Below are positions 49,541-60,275 of a stretch of DNA of 64,000 bases, piece after piece. The notes beneath the pieces are model-generated. The model was not told the DNA's origin and searched no databases. It saw only the letters and a program-made list of their open reading frames with translations. A program made the translations under genes and the position numbers. Positions within the stretch are counted from its first letter, which is position 1. Each line of letters begins with the position of its first letter. Source of the stretch: a virus; the IMG/VR virus record IMGVR_UViG_3300033889_000069, positions 33,591 to 97,590 of that record, one strand, 5' to 3'.

Positions 49541-49993
49541 ATGGCAGAACCAAAAGGATACGACGTGAATGCGACCAGGATTTTCCTGTATTGCTTCGAT
49601 AAGGGGCCAGACAAGGATGATCCAAGCGCACCAGGAAAGAAAAGGAAAGACGAGGGTGGCCAGAGAGTCATCCAGGCAGAGTGGAGACCAGACTGTAAAG
49701 TCTACTGTCCTCGCTGCCGAAGGATGCTGATCTTCGATGGAGACAGGTTCTACGACAACCTTACTGGGAAGCTACACTTCTCGGTCACTCACGATGAGGA
49801 TGGCAAGGCAGTTCCTCATGGCCACTTCTTCAGAGCAGACCTGAAGGGCGTTGGCTATGTATCTCCCAGATACGTTCCCCCAAGACCTGGAGAAACTCCG
49901 TCATGGGATTGGGATAAGGAACTTGAGAGGATGATCAAGGAAGAAAGTGTCCTTGAGATGGACAAGAAGAATGAGGATGCGGTTGTAGCATGA
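49541..49993 (+). CDS. Hypothetical protein
   Basis: SD and ATG; CPRC. Confidence 0.65.
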   Translation: MAEPKGYDVNATRIFLYCFDKGPDKDDPSAPGKKRKDEGGQRVIQAEWRPDCKVYCPRCRRMLIFDGDRFYDNLTGKLHFSVTHDEDGKAVPHGHFFRADLKGVGYVSPRYVPPRPGETPSWDWDKELERMIKEESVLEMDKKNEDAVVA

Positions 49994-50316
49994 ACGGATT
50001 CAAATATACATGCAAGTGTGGAGTAGGCTTCAATGAGGAAGCTCATAACATAGTCGTTGACTTGGGCGAAAATACTAAGGCCCACGTCAATTTCAATCTC
50101 CACCAGGAAAACGGAGAGTTCTGGTGCTTCTGTAAGGACTGCCTCCAAACGATGTTCCAGCAATACTTCAACGAACTGAATCCTACTCAGAAGAACTTCA
50201 TGCGGGATATGCTCACCAAGAGTGCCACAAGTATCTTGAAGACTACAGGCTCTGACATAAGTATTGGAGCTACTCCCGCAGACATTCAGATTATCGACGA
50301 GGTGGAGCCAGAGTAA
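49990..50316 (+). CDS. Hypothetical protein (Cys pairs)
   Basis: Coupled start; followed by hairpin ~50323-50352. Confidence 0.6.
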   Translation: MNGFKYTCKCGVGFNEEAHNIVVDLGENTKAHVNFNLHQENGEFWCFCKDCLQTMFQQYFNELNPTQKNFMRDMLTKSATSILKTTGSDISIGATPADIQIIDEVEPE

Positions 50317-50388
50317 GAAAGAGGGCAGCAGGCGCCTGAAATCCTGCTGCCCTTCAATCTGCTACCACAACACTAGAAGGAGGAGAAG

Positions 50389-51111
50389 ATGTCCTTTGTC
50401 GAAGTTCCAGTCTTGAGAGGCTTTACAGAGATTGAGACTCTATTTAGCCTCTCAGCTAACATAGCCTACATCTGCGGAGGTTATGCTAGATATTGCTGCT
50501 CGCAGAACAAGAAAGTAGTTCCTGCTCAGGATTGTGACGTTTTCCCGATCACTGAACAGTCTTATGAAAGCCTCAAAGCTGCTCTTGTCGAGAAAGTTGG
50601 CTTCGAGGTCGCTCATGAGAATGGTATTTCCCTGACTCTCCGAGTCCCCAAGAAAGCCCCTGACTCTATGGACATCCGCTGGAAACACTCTCCTAGCATC
50701 CAGCTCATAAAGCCGGTTGTAGAAGGAAAGGTTGTCACAGTCGGCTCTATAGAAGATATACTAGGTAACTTTGACTTCAGTATAACGAGGGCTGCCATTA
50801 TACGACCTGATGCTTGTCTCGTGGATGAAGACTTCATGCAGGACGAGCACAATCATATTCTCCGGCTGAAGAATATACACTGCCCTATCTCATCTCTTCT
50901 TCGCTGTATCAAATACGGCAGGAAGGGATATTGGATGAGACCATCTGAGGCTCTCAACTTATTCCTTGATTGGGATAACCGAGGCTCAAAGTATAAGAGT
51001 GAGATCATCGAACTCTTCAAGACCTCGATGATGGTTGACGACAAGGGCAAGAGAGTTGAGATGAGCAAGGAAGAGATCGAGAAGCTGGAAAGCATGCTCA
51101 GGAGGGATTAA
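50389..51111 (+). CDS. Pol-beta-superfamily nucleotidyltransferase (polyA polymerase/CCA head-like)
   Basis: ICGGYAR...DCDVF, IQLI, NFDFSI. Confidence 0.7.
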   Translation: MSFVEVPVLRGFTEIETLFSLSANIAYICGGYARYCCSQNKKVVPAQDCDVFPITEQSYESLKAALVEKVGFEVAHENGISLTLRVPKKAPDSMDIRWKHSPSIQLIKPVVEGKVVTVGSIEDILGNFDFSITRAAIIRPDACLVDEDFMQDEHNHILRLKNIHCPISSLLRCIKYGRKGYWMRPSEALNLFLDWDNRGSKYKSEIIELFKTSMMVDDKGKRVEMSKEEIEKLESMLRRD

Positions 51112-53648
51112 TGGCAGGATTCCAAATACGACACACGGAGTTCGGAGTATTCCAGGGTGAGTGTATGGGGATGGGGTTCTGGTATCCCATGTCCGATATG
51201 CCAGAGCAGGGTCTATGTAGATTCCCAGACGAGAAGACTGCTCAGGAATACATCGAATACCTAAGCTCTCCTGCTTGTGCCGACCCTGATGCCTATCGGG
51301 GGAAGTGCTCAGTAGAGCCTTTTGACGAAGAGACAAATACCAAATGTGCCGAATATATGAAGGCACTAAAGGCTTCTGGAGGAACACAAGTTGGAACTGC
51401 GTAAAGTTCTCAATGCGATGACCTTGCGAGAAGCTCTCAAGGCAGCAGATGCTGGTGACCTTGAGATCATCTGCGACAAGTGTCACGAGCCAATAGTAAA
51501 TGAGAAGGGCAAGTTCCCTGGTATTATACTGGTAGGAAACATCTATGCTGCAAACCAGGACTTTGCCCACAACTTCGGAGGTATAGTTGGTAACAACTTC
51601 CCTCATTGGTCTGATCCTGACCAGCCACCTGTAGGTGTTGGAGACCTTGGAAAAGAGTTCAAGTTCTCCTGGCTCGACATCCACCCCAATGCTTACCATG
51701 TCACCTGCCTATGTGACATACTGAGAGGGGCATTCAATGAAGAGACGGAGTGACGAAGTAAGAGAAGCAGGTGAAGACAACTATGGAGTCTGTGTCTACT
51801 TCTCTACCATGAACTACGACTTCTCAAGAGCAGTTGTTAATGCTGCTATAGAAGATCAGATAGACTTTGAAAGCCTCTGTGGTGCCCCCAGAGGTATGAG
51901 ATCAGTTTTCCTTGTTTTCATCCACACTGAGGAGGACAAGGCTAAACTTATGGCGATCTGCAAAGATCATGGTGTTGAGATAGAGATATGACATGGAAGT
52001 CAAACTTATACACCGACCTACCTCTGAGAGTAGGGTGAATCATTATGTTGAGGTGGTTAATGGAACTGAAAACAAAACTACTTGCTGTGGGAAACCACCT
52101 CCCTTTGCTGAGGCCCAAACCGAAGCTCCGATGTGTCACTTGTGTGAAGCAGTAAAGAAGAGACGTGAGAAAGAGGCACAACGTCGAGCTAATGGCACTC
52201 ATGGAAAGAATACTTCTATACTTCAAAGTAGTTGGTTTGCTCCTCAGACTGGTCCCCGTTCTCGTTAGCTGCTCAGTTGCGTGGCTTAACCAGTTCACAT
52301 ACGACCTCGGATTATACACTACGTGTATAATCAGCGCGCGCGTATGAGGAACGTCCCTAATGAGAACAAAAGAGGAATGAATATAAAAGAGAATAAGGGA
52401 TAGGTTATCCTCAGCCAAACCCCTAACCCCTACCCCTTACCCCTTTATACGCGAGTCGTTACCGTGCAGACGGTCGGAAAGAAAACCGACGACCCCAGCG
52501 TGGCTTTGCCGTTCTTCAGGAAGAATCTGGAGAATACTATCATCATATGTCAGGCGATGATTGAGGACATTGATGGGAGGAAATGATGGCAGACCAGTTA
52601 GATAAACGTTTGTTTGCTCAGGAACTATCGAAGCGGTCATTTATGATTGCTCAGATAGAGGCTTGGATAAGGGAGACCATAGGCCAGATGGCAACTCCCG
52701 GTTCTGAAGTCCACGAGCTTCTCGAAGAAGTTGTGAAGCACAAGATTGGTGGCTCTCAGAAGGTGCAGATGAGTTCGCTCTATTCTATCACCGATGAGAA
52801 CAGAGCGATAATGGTTGAGAGACTAAGGCAGTTTGGCTTTATCGTCAACGTATATGACGAAGATGATATAGTCATAGAACTTATCGGATTCAAGACTCCT
52901 GATAAGGAAGAGACTGTCTACCTACACCAGTTAGAGTTATCATTCTCCGATCTGGCCAAGGAGTTTGATGGCTGATGGCTGATGAGATTTTTGAAGCCCT
53001 GTGGGTATATACTGGTCGCCGGTGGCACAATAATCAAATGTGGCATACTTGGGCACCTCTAAGTGAGGAAAGTGTGCCCGATGAACAGCGACTCGTATGG
53101 TATAAAGGGAAGAACCTTACACACGCCTATCCGGGTTCCGTATACAAGGTTAAAAGCAAGGTAGCTGATTTCAAGACTACCTTTGGGGACAAGAGCACTT
53201 ACTCTCCTGAGTATGTCACTAAGTTTCCTGAAGGTGACTTGCTTTTGGCATGGAGGCTTCAAGATGACGAAGCCCAAGTTGCGGATAGGATGTTCAAGGA
53301 GCGTAAGCAGGATATGTCTGAGAACGAGATTCAAGAGTGTCTTACTCCTATCAGAGAAGCGATGGGAAGAGTGAACTATACAGGTCGGCAGAGAGTGCTG
53401 GCTATTGTAATCGAATACTTAATGAGGTGACCATGTCCGAGTATAAAGTTGACTTCCGAGATCAGAACACTACCGTAGTAATGGACTTGAGAAAAGATGG
53501 CGTTCTTGTAGCATCTTCAAGTGGCGATAGTAAGAAGGTGGCTGTATCTAATGCCCTCAGAGTTCTTCAGTCCAGAATCGACGTTGGTAAGGAAGCTGAA
53601 GGGGCAAAGGGCTATCTTGACGCCTATCAGGAAGGTATACCGGAATGA
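51111..53648 (+). other. Small hypothetical ORFs
   Basis: 51111-51404, 51391-51753, 51737-51991, 51993-52268, 52583-52975, 52975-53430, ~53433-53648. Confidence 0.6.
52420..52443 (-). repeat. Four G4 tracts, GGGGTAAGGGGTAGGGGTTAGGGG (G-quadruplex-capable)
   Basis: CCCC runs at 52420, 52427, 52433, 52440 in an intergenic gap. Confidence 0.8.
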
Positions 53649-54136
53649 TTGAGAGGTTCTTCTCAAAAGTATCTGTGAAGGGTCCAGATGACTGCTGGGA
53701 GTGGCAAGGGAGTTTCTTCAAAAGTGGATATGGTAAGTTTAGCATAGGCCGGAAAACTCTTTATGCCCACAGAGTTTCTTTTGAGATAAAGAACGGAAAG
53801 ATACCAGAAGGGAGGATGGTCAGGCATAAGGTATGCGATAATCCTAGGTGTGTCAATCCTGCTCACCTAAGCCTTGGGTCGCAAAAGGACAATATGTGCG
53901 ATAAGGTTATAAAGGGTAGACAAACTCGAACCTCTTTGTCTGGAGAGAGTAATGGCCAAGCAAAGCTAACTTTTGATCAGGTAGTTGAGATCAAAGAGCT
54001 TTATGCTACTGGGATTGTCACTCAGCAGATACTTGCTGATCACTTTGGTGTAAGTCGTGGACAAATCAGCAACATTATAACCGGCCATAAATGGAAGGAT
54101 AGTAAGCCCGCTTGCCACGCGGTTCGGATAGCGTAA
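53645..54136 (+). CDS. HNH homing endonuclease with HTH
   Basis: CWEW..GYG..AHR..CDNPRCVNPAHL..AKLT. Confidence 0.9.
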   Translation: MIERFFSKVSVKGPDDCWEWQGSFFKSGYGKFSIGRKTLYAHRVSFEIKNGKIPEGRMVRHKVCDNPRCVNPAHLSLGSQKDNMCDKVIKGRQTRTSLSGESNGQAKLTFDQVVEIKELYATGIVTQQILADHFGVSRGQISNIITGHKWKDSKPACHAVRIA

Positions 54137-54194
54137 GAATAAGCGGGAAGCGAAAACTCGGAACGCAAGCGTCATTATAGCAATCATTCAAGTG

Positions 54195-54270
54195 TCCTGC
54201 CTAAAGGTGCTCTCCGCTGCCATCAACTCCGGTTTTGAGCTTTCCCAGCCTTTAGGCAGGATTTTCTTTC
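54195..54270 (+). terminator. Long-stem hairpin with U-rich tail
   Basis: 13-bp TCCTGCCTAAAGG/CCTTTAGGCAGGA followed by TTTTCTTTC. Confidence 0.5.
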
Positions 54271-54283
54271 ACTGGGAGGAAGT

Positions 54284-54748
54284 ATGAGCACTTATTCTTT
54301 TGAGGATGATCTGTTTGAAGAGGGTATTGTAAGACCCCAAACTTCGGTAAAGCCGAAGAAGCAGAACACCAGCGTCGAAACTTGGAAACGACTCTACCAC
54401 GAATGCTATGGGGTAGAGTTCGATAGAATGAATGATCCGAACCTCTTCAATGCCTGCGTAGAACTCAACCGCTTCTGTGTTACCAACCACCTAGACTTTG
54501 CTACTTACGTCAGATGGGGAATGGAAAACTTCGAGGTATTCAGCCCCAGGAGAATGATGAGTAAGCATGTCTTTGAAGCATACAAGAACAATCTTATCCC
54601 AGAGAATGTGACCGGAGGATTCCTGGTCATAGAGACTGGGACGGTTGTGAACACAGTATTCCAGGAAGATGGGCAGATTGCCTTCGATATTCCTCCTGAT
54701 GGTGGGGTTTACGTAGACGGAAAACTGGTCCATGTAACGAGGGTTTGA
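54284..54748 (+). CDS. Hypothetical protein upstream of helicase loader
   Basis: GGAGG SD; synteny. Confidence 0.7.
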   Translation: MSTYSFEDDLFEEGIVRPQTSVKPKKQNTSVETWKRLYHECYGVEFDRMNDPNLFNACVELNRFCVTNHLDFATYVRWGMENFEVFSPRRMMSKHVFEAYKNNLIPENVTGGFLVIETGTVVNTVFQEDGQIAFDIPPDGGVYVDGKLVHVTRV

Positions 54749-54749
54749 C

Positions 54750-55361
54750 ATGGCCAGTATGCAGAATGAACTTGTAGAGCTGTTAAGGGCACAGAATGCT
54801 CATCCGAGAGACATAGCCTACGCAGCTGCTAATATACCCAGAGAGTTTTGGGATATAACTAGGGCAGGTATCGAGAGAAGTGCTGGCAACGCTCACGTAT
54901 TCGATTACGTCATAGAATACGTTGACAACTTCCATACCCGAATAGCTGAGGGCGCAGGACTAACGATGATGGGAGTCCCGAAAAGTGGTAAAACACTATT
55001 CGGATGTGCCATCTTGAAGTCTGCTGCCATCACCCCTGGAACTCTCCATCGAGACTACCAAGTGCTTAGAGTCAACTATGACGCGATCATGGAAGACTTT
55101 GATCATGTCCGTAGTGAACAAGATTCATACATGGAGCTAAGGAACATGCTCCAAAGAGCAGACCTGCTGTTTATAGATAGTATATCTTATACAGCACCTT
55201 CAAGGATAATGCTCACTGTTGCTAGGATGCGACGAGACTTCAGGAAGGCAACTATCTTGGCCACCTCGATAGCTGACGCGACGAAGTTGAGTCAGATGAG
55301 GTCACAAGAGCTGATAGACATCTTCAAAGATGTAAACAAGGCTTTTATGGTGGGAAGATAG
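54750..55361 (+). CDS. DnaC/IstB-like ATPase (helicase loader)
   Basis: GLTMMGVPKSGKT, DLLFID, TILATS. Confidence 0.8.
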   Translation: MASMQNELVELLRAQNAHPRDIAYAAANIPREFWDITRAGIERSAGNAHVFDYVIEYVDNFHTRIAEGAGLTMMGVPKSGKTLFGCAILKSAAITPGTLHRDYQVLRVNYDAIMEDFDHVRSEQDSYMELRNMLQRADLLFIDSISYTAPSRIMLTVARMRRDFRKATILATSIADATKLSQMRSQELIDIFKDVNKAFMVGR

Positions 55362-56801
55362 TTGATTGAGCTTTCTGATGTACAACTTGAAAGGCAGTTA
55401 GTTGGGACTATCCTACAAGACCAGGCAGTCCTAACTGATCTCATAGTTCCTTGGGAAACGAAACGAGGGAAGGACTGGTTCACAGGAGCAGAACTTCGGT
55501 GGGTAGCTGTAAGAGTTATGCAGAACTACCGAGCGTTCGGTTGTATTCCATCTAAACAGTTACTTATCTCAAAGCTCAGGGAAGAGACTGCTAAGGCTGG
55601 TAGGAAAGAAGAGGAACGTGAGTCTCTACATGAGCAGTATGACATACTTCTCGATAGACTCTTCTCCTCAACTCCTGCCTCAAGAGAGATTTCTCAAGCT
55701 ATAGTCGATAGGCTAGTAAAGCTGCTGGTTAATCGAGAGATAGCAGCCGCTGGTAATAAGTTTGCAGACTTGGTAAACTCAGGAGATTCTGAGGCCGGTC
55801 TCAATGACTTGAAGCAGACTATCTTGAGGATAGATGAGCTTGAGCAGTCGAGTTCGATTATAACAGGCGACCTGTTCGACCTTGAAAATGAAATAGAGTA
55901 TATCAGGCAGAGGCGGGAGCATCCTGAACTCTTCCACGGAATCCCTACTGGTATCAAAGTCTTCGACGATGAGACCCAGGGAATACATTATGGAGAGACA
56001 GGGTTCATTATTGGCCCTTCAGGTAGAGGGAAGACAACTCTAGCTTGTGAGATTGGATACAATGCGCTGAGGGCAGGATTCAACGTAGTTCAGTTTACGA
56101 TTGAGTCTGCGATGCAGCTAATCAAGTTCAAGTATTATTCTCGCATAGCGCAGATACCGTATAACTTCTTCAAGTTTGCGGCACCTGGAGAGCCAGATAA
56201 GGATTGGTTAGACGACTGGCTGCATTCAATGAGGAGCCTAGAAAACAAGGTTTCCTCAAGACTAAAGATTGTCGATATTCCAGAAGGATGTAGCCCGTCT
56301 GTTATAGAAGATGTATGTATGCACCGATTCGGAGGGTGGCGACCGGATGTGGTTATAATTGACCATCAAGGTCTGCTTGCTCCCGATAAGGGAATGATGG
56401 GAAAAGGGAGACTGGGTTGGGATACTCAGGGTGAGATTTCTCAATCGCTTATGAGCAAGGCTAGAGCGATGAGGAACTCAAAGGGTGGTCGAGGAATCGG
56501 AATGTGGGTTCTGGCTCAGGGCCATTCTTCTCTCTTGAAGAAGAAAGCAGAAGACATATCTGTTGCGGACGTAGGTTTGAGTTACCTTATTGCTCAGCCA
56601 GCCCATTATATTATCCATATCATAAGGGACGATGTAATGGCGGCGAACGATGAGGCAATTCTCAAGCTAACCAAGGTGAGAGACGGAAGAGATGGTCTCA
56701 TAGCTTATGTGAGAACAAACTTTGCGAACTCTACCTTTATCCAGAAGGAAGAAGCTGGTGGGTTAGCAGTCCAGGCAGCAGAGACTAACATAACGTTCTA
56801 G
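55362..56801 (+). CDS. DnaB-like replicative helicase
   Basis: GIPTG..FD, GPSGRGKT, FTIE, VIIDH, LAQ, KVRDG. Confidence 0.92.
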   Translation: MIELSDVQLERQLVGTILQDQAVLTDLIVPWETKRGKDWFTGAELRWVAVRVMQNYRAFGCIPSKQLLISKLREETAKAGRKEEERESLHEQYDILLDRLFSSTPASREISQAIVDRLVKLLVNREIAAAGNKFADLVNSGDSEAGLNDLKQTILRIDELEQSSSIITGDLFDLENEIEYIRQRREHPELFHGIPTGIKVFDDETQGIHYGETGFIIGPSGRGKTTLACEIGYNALRAGFNVVQFTIESAMQLIKFKYYSRIAQIPYNFFKFAAPGEPDKDWLDDWLHSMRSLENKVSSRLKIVDIPEGCSPSVIEDVCMHRFGGWRPDVVIIDHQGLLAPDKGMMGKGRLGWDTQGEISQSLMSKARAMRNSKGGRGIGMWVLAQGHSSLLKKKAEDISVADVGLSYLIAQPAHYIIHIIRDDVMAANDEAILKLTKVRDGRDGLIAYVRTNFANSTFIQKEEAGGLAVQAAETNITF

Positions 56802-57162
56802 GTGCGAGATGATAGATTGGATCAGAAAACTCCTTTGTAAGAATCGACGCTGCGAAAGCTGTAAGAAGAGTCATACGAAGGAGAATCCTGTCGAATGGCG
56901 GGATGGAATGCACTGGCTGTGCAAAGATTGCGATGACTTGGAGTGGACCTGTACATAATGGATATCGAGATCACTCTTAGGCTTACTGTAGATAGAGAGT
57001 TGATGGAGAGCTTCCTCGTTACCAACGGGTATAACTTCGCTGAAGAGTGCGAGAGTATGACCGAGGAAGACATGGCTGGAGTCATAGTCAAGGGACTTAT
57101 AAGTGACCAGCCTGAAGACAATCCAGTTGGAGTGGAAGTAAGATACATGTAGGAGGTTAGCT

Positions 57163-57843
57163 ATGGAGCATTCATTTGAAGATTTTCCAACGATTGTTGC
57201 TGATCCAAAGATACTGCTTCATAGCAATATACCTAAGCCTCTACATGAGGTAAACCCTCGAACTATCAAGGGTAAAGAGTGGTGGGACAGAGAGCGCCGA
57301 TTGACCTATGAGGCTCAGGGAGATCGGTGTGCTGCTTGTGGAACTCATAAGAGTCAAGCTAAGGGCAAACACAAATGGCTTGAGTGTCATGAGGTCTACA
57401 AGATAGACTATGCTGCTGGCAGAGCTACGTTCGTAAAGCTCGTGGCTCTTTGTCCTTACTGTCATAGCTTTATCCATAATGGAAGACTTCAGGCTCTCTT
57501 TGATAAAGGAGAGATTGGGACCAAAGAATACTTTGCCGTTATCAACCACGGGAAAGAGATTCTTGAGAAACAAAATCTCTTTGGTCAATGGGAGCATCGA
57601 CATGAGGTCTCTGGTAAAGTAGCGGAGTGGACAGATTGGAGACTTGTCTTCGAGGGTATTGAGTATCCTCCAAAGTTCAAGTCTTATGAGGAGTGGCTAG
57701 CCAACTTCGGGTATCACGCAGAAATGACTCCGAAGGGTAGCCCTCTATTCCACACTGCTCACTTTACGATCTTCGACATGTTAGATGAACTAGATGAGTT
57801 TGATCCTGGAACGGATGAACTCAATATACTAGACCTATTTTGA
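57163..57843 (+). CDS. HNH-like nuclease (CxxC...HE...LCxxCH)
   Basis: RCAACG, LECHEVY, LVALCPYCH. Confidence 0.7.
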   Translation: MEHSFEDFPTIVADPKILLHSNIPKPLHEVNPRTIKGKEWWDRERRLTYEAQGDRCAACGTHKSQAKGKHKWLECHEVYKIDYAAGRATFVKLVALCPYCHSFIHNGRLQALFDKGEIGTKEYFAVINHGKEILEKQNLFGQWEHRHEVSGKVAEWTDWRLVFEGIEYPPKFKSYEEWLANFGYHAEMTPKGSPLFHTAHFTIFDMLDELDEFDPGTDELNILDLF

Positions 57844-57852
57844 GGTAAAGGA

Positions 57853-58047
57853 ATGCCTGATTACGAGTTTGTATGCACTACTGAGGGCTGTCTAGCGAAG
57901 GGCAGAGTTGTTACTCTCAAGTTCGGTATGAACGATGAGAAGAATGGCAACTGCTCGTGCTGTGGCAATCCTCTTCAAAGGAAGTATGGAAAGTTTATGA
58001 CTGCCGGAAACGCAGATGAGTTAGAAGAGGAGGCAGTCTGGAAATGA
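57853..58047 (+). CDS. FmdB-like zinc-ribbon protein
   Basis: MPDYEFVC...C..CG..LQR. Confidence 0.7.
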   Translation: MPDYEFVCTTEGCLAKGRVVTLKFGMNDEKNGNCSCCGNPLQRKYGKFMTAGNADELEEEAVWK

Positions 58048-58406
58048 GCCGAACCCTTCAAGAATATCACGAGATAGCAGATACCATAGCTCATGAACTC
58101 CCACTCTTTGTGACAGCCAACCCTTTTCTCACCAAAGAGGATTTTGACAAGGTCATCGAAAAGTGTGGAGTCACTCTCAGTAACTCTGAGCGATGGTGGG
58201 TTCTGGGCAACCTCGAAGGGAAAGGTGTCGTCAAAAGCACTTTCGGGACTGAGGACGTTCAGGAAATATATCTCGTTGATGTAGTCTGTACCACCTGCCA
58301 TAAGAGGCCAGGAAGAGCGAGATCAGATAATGGTCTTCCAGCAGGAATCCATTGTGACGATTGCTGGGAAGATATAGTCGGGTTCTGTAGACAGAGGAGC
58401 TGGTAA
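58044..58406 (+). CDS. Hypothetical zinc-binding protein
   Basis: CTTC...CDDC. Confidence 0.6.
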   Translation: MSRTLQEYHEIADTIAHELPLFVTANPFLTKEDFDKVIEKCGVTLSNSERWWVLGNLEGKGVVKSTFGTEDVQEIYLVDVVCTTCHKRPGRARSDNGLPAGIHCDDCWEDIVGFCRQRSW

Positions 58407-58657
58407 TGGAAAAGAAAGTTGAAGCAGTCTACAGACTTGAAGCCATAGGACCACAAGGTGCTATTGAAGTTATGGATATTGACCTTGATATGCTAACAGA
58501 GATAGAAGACTTGATGGTTCTCAGACTTCCGAAGGAAGAAGACTTCCGGCCAGAGATGGAAGATGCTATCTCTGCTATCCAAAGTATAGCTGGGAATAAG
58601 AAGTGGCTTGTCGTCAGTCACGATGTGGAGCTACTTCGGGTGGTGAAAGTTGTCTGA
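58406..58657 (+). CDS. Hypothetical protein
   Basis: Coupled start. Confidence 0.6.
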   Translation: MEKKVEAVYRLEAIGPQGAIEVMDIDLDMLTEIEDLMVLRLPKEEDFRPEMEDAISAIQSIAGNKKWLVVSHDVELLRVVKVV

Positions 58658-58803
58658 GCAGCGAGAACGACAGCCTGGAGAGAAATGCGATAATTGCCAT
58701 TACCTTTACCATTGTGGTTTTTGGTGCGAGGTAATGGACAAGTATGACCAAGACCCCGAAGGCTGGTGTTCTAGCTACTTAGTTGAATATTCAGAGGAGA
58801 CAG

Positions 58804-59850
58804 ATGGCAAGGATTAAGGTCAAAGATCAATATGTGGACGTTGATCTGCTCCAACTTCTTTCTGACTACGGCATAACTGGCCGGCAGATTGGAAACGAGT
58901 TTGTCGCAGCATGTCCGTTCCACGATGACCGTTCTCCTAGCTGGTCAATAAAGCTCGATGGCGAACGAGCTGGACTCTGGCAGTGTTTCGCATCTAACTG
59001 TGAGAGTAGAGGCAACATAGTCTCTCTCATAATGAAGATGGAAAACTGCGGGTATAGAGAGGCAATAGCTTCTCTGACTGCAGTAGATGTAGAGATTAAG
59101 GTCAAAGAAGAAGACCTTGAAGTAACAATCAAGAAACTTCTAGCTATTGGCCTTGATATCAGACAAGACGCTCTCCGTTATCCTGTTCCGAGTGACTGTT
59201 CGAGGTATTATGTGAAGGAGTTCTTCACTAATCCAAAGGCAGAGGGTGGTCGAGGGTATACAGAGGACGACTTTGGGCAACTACACGTTGACGACGTGTT
59301 ATATTGTGAGTCAGGCTTCTTCAGGAATAAGATAATTATCCCTGTCTACAATGAATCGGGCGAACAAATATCGTTTGTAGCCAGGACTCTTGATAAGGAT
59401 ATTCCTGAGAAGTATCGGTATCCACGAGGATGGATGAAGAACCTGTTCGTATATAGACTGGAAGGGAATCCAGCACTACCTCCGATTGTATGTGAGGGAA
59501 TATTCGACGGTCTTCACGTCCAGGGTATCTGGGGAAGAACTGCTCTAGTGGTCTTCGGCAGTTCTCTCACAACAAAGCAGGTCGCATGGATAGCAAGGCG
59601 ATATGACCACATAACTTTCGGTCTTGACGGCGATGATGCGGGAAGGAAGGGAACCTATAAAGGCATAAAGAATATGCAACAGTTTGGCTTAGAGTGTGAT
59701 GTGCTAGAGCTACCCGATGGCTTCGACCCTCCGATGGTTTCACGGACGGATATGACAGGATTAACATTGATGGCAGCAAAGGATTACGGAGAGAAATGGG
59801 AGAGAGGTCATTTGTACAGGAATATGAAACTCGATTCTTCTCTAAGGTAA
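58804..59850 (+). CDS. DNA primase (CHC2 zinc finger + Toprim)
   Basis: CPFHDDRSPS, WQCF, IVCEGIFDG, LDGDDAG, DP. Confidence 0.92.
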   Translation: MARIKVKDQYVDVDLLQLLSDYGITGRQIGNEFVAACPFHDDRSPSWSIKLDGERAGLWQCFASNCESRGNIVSLIMKMENCGYREAIASLTAVDVEIKVKEEDLEVTIKKLLAIGLDIRQDALRYPVPSDCSRYYVKEFFTNPKAEGGRGYTEDDFGQLHVDDVLYCESGFFRNKIIIPVYNESGEQISFVARTLDKDIPEKYRYPRGWMKNLFVYRLEGNPALPPIVCEGIFDGLHVQGIWGRTALVVFGSSLTTKQVAWIARRYDHITFGLDGDDAGRKGTYKGIKNMQQFGLECDVLELPDGFDPPMVSRTDMTGLTLMAAKDYGEKWERGHLYRNMKLDSSLR

Positions 59851-60275
59851 ATATCAAAGGAGAAGATGATTGTTGGGAATGGGAAGCTGGATGCTTCACC
59901 AACGGTTATGGCGAGTTTACTTGTTGTGGGAAGAAATATAAAGCCCATAGATTTTCTTATGAGTTTTTCTACGGAAAGATTCAGGAAGACTTAGATGTCC
60001 TTCACATATGTGATAATCCTAAGTGTGTAAACCCTCGTCATTTAATTCTTGGGACCAATCAAGATAATATTGACGATAGAAATAACAAGGGTAGACAGGC
60101 AAAAGGTGAGACACATGGGAATGCTAAACTATCAGAATCTGATATCTTATATATTAAGAAGTTGGCTGTGTCTGGTTCATCTCAAAACGAGATTGCAAGA
60201 CTATATGATATTAGTCAACCTCATGTATCTAGGATATTGAATGATAAGAATTGGCAGATAGGAGTGGAAGCATGA
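59796..60275 (+). CDS. HNH homing endonuclease with HTH
   Basis: CWEW..GYG..AHR..CDNPKCVNPRHL..AKLS. Confidence 0.9.
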   Translation: MGERSFVQEYETRFFSKVNIKGEDDCWEWEAGCFTNGYGEFTCCGKKYKAHRFSYEFFYGKIQEDLDVLHICDNPKCVNPRHLILGTNQDNIDDRNNKGRQAKGETHGNAKLSESDILYIKKLAVSGSSQNEIARLYDISQPHVSRILNDKNWQIGVEA

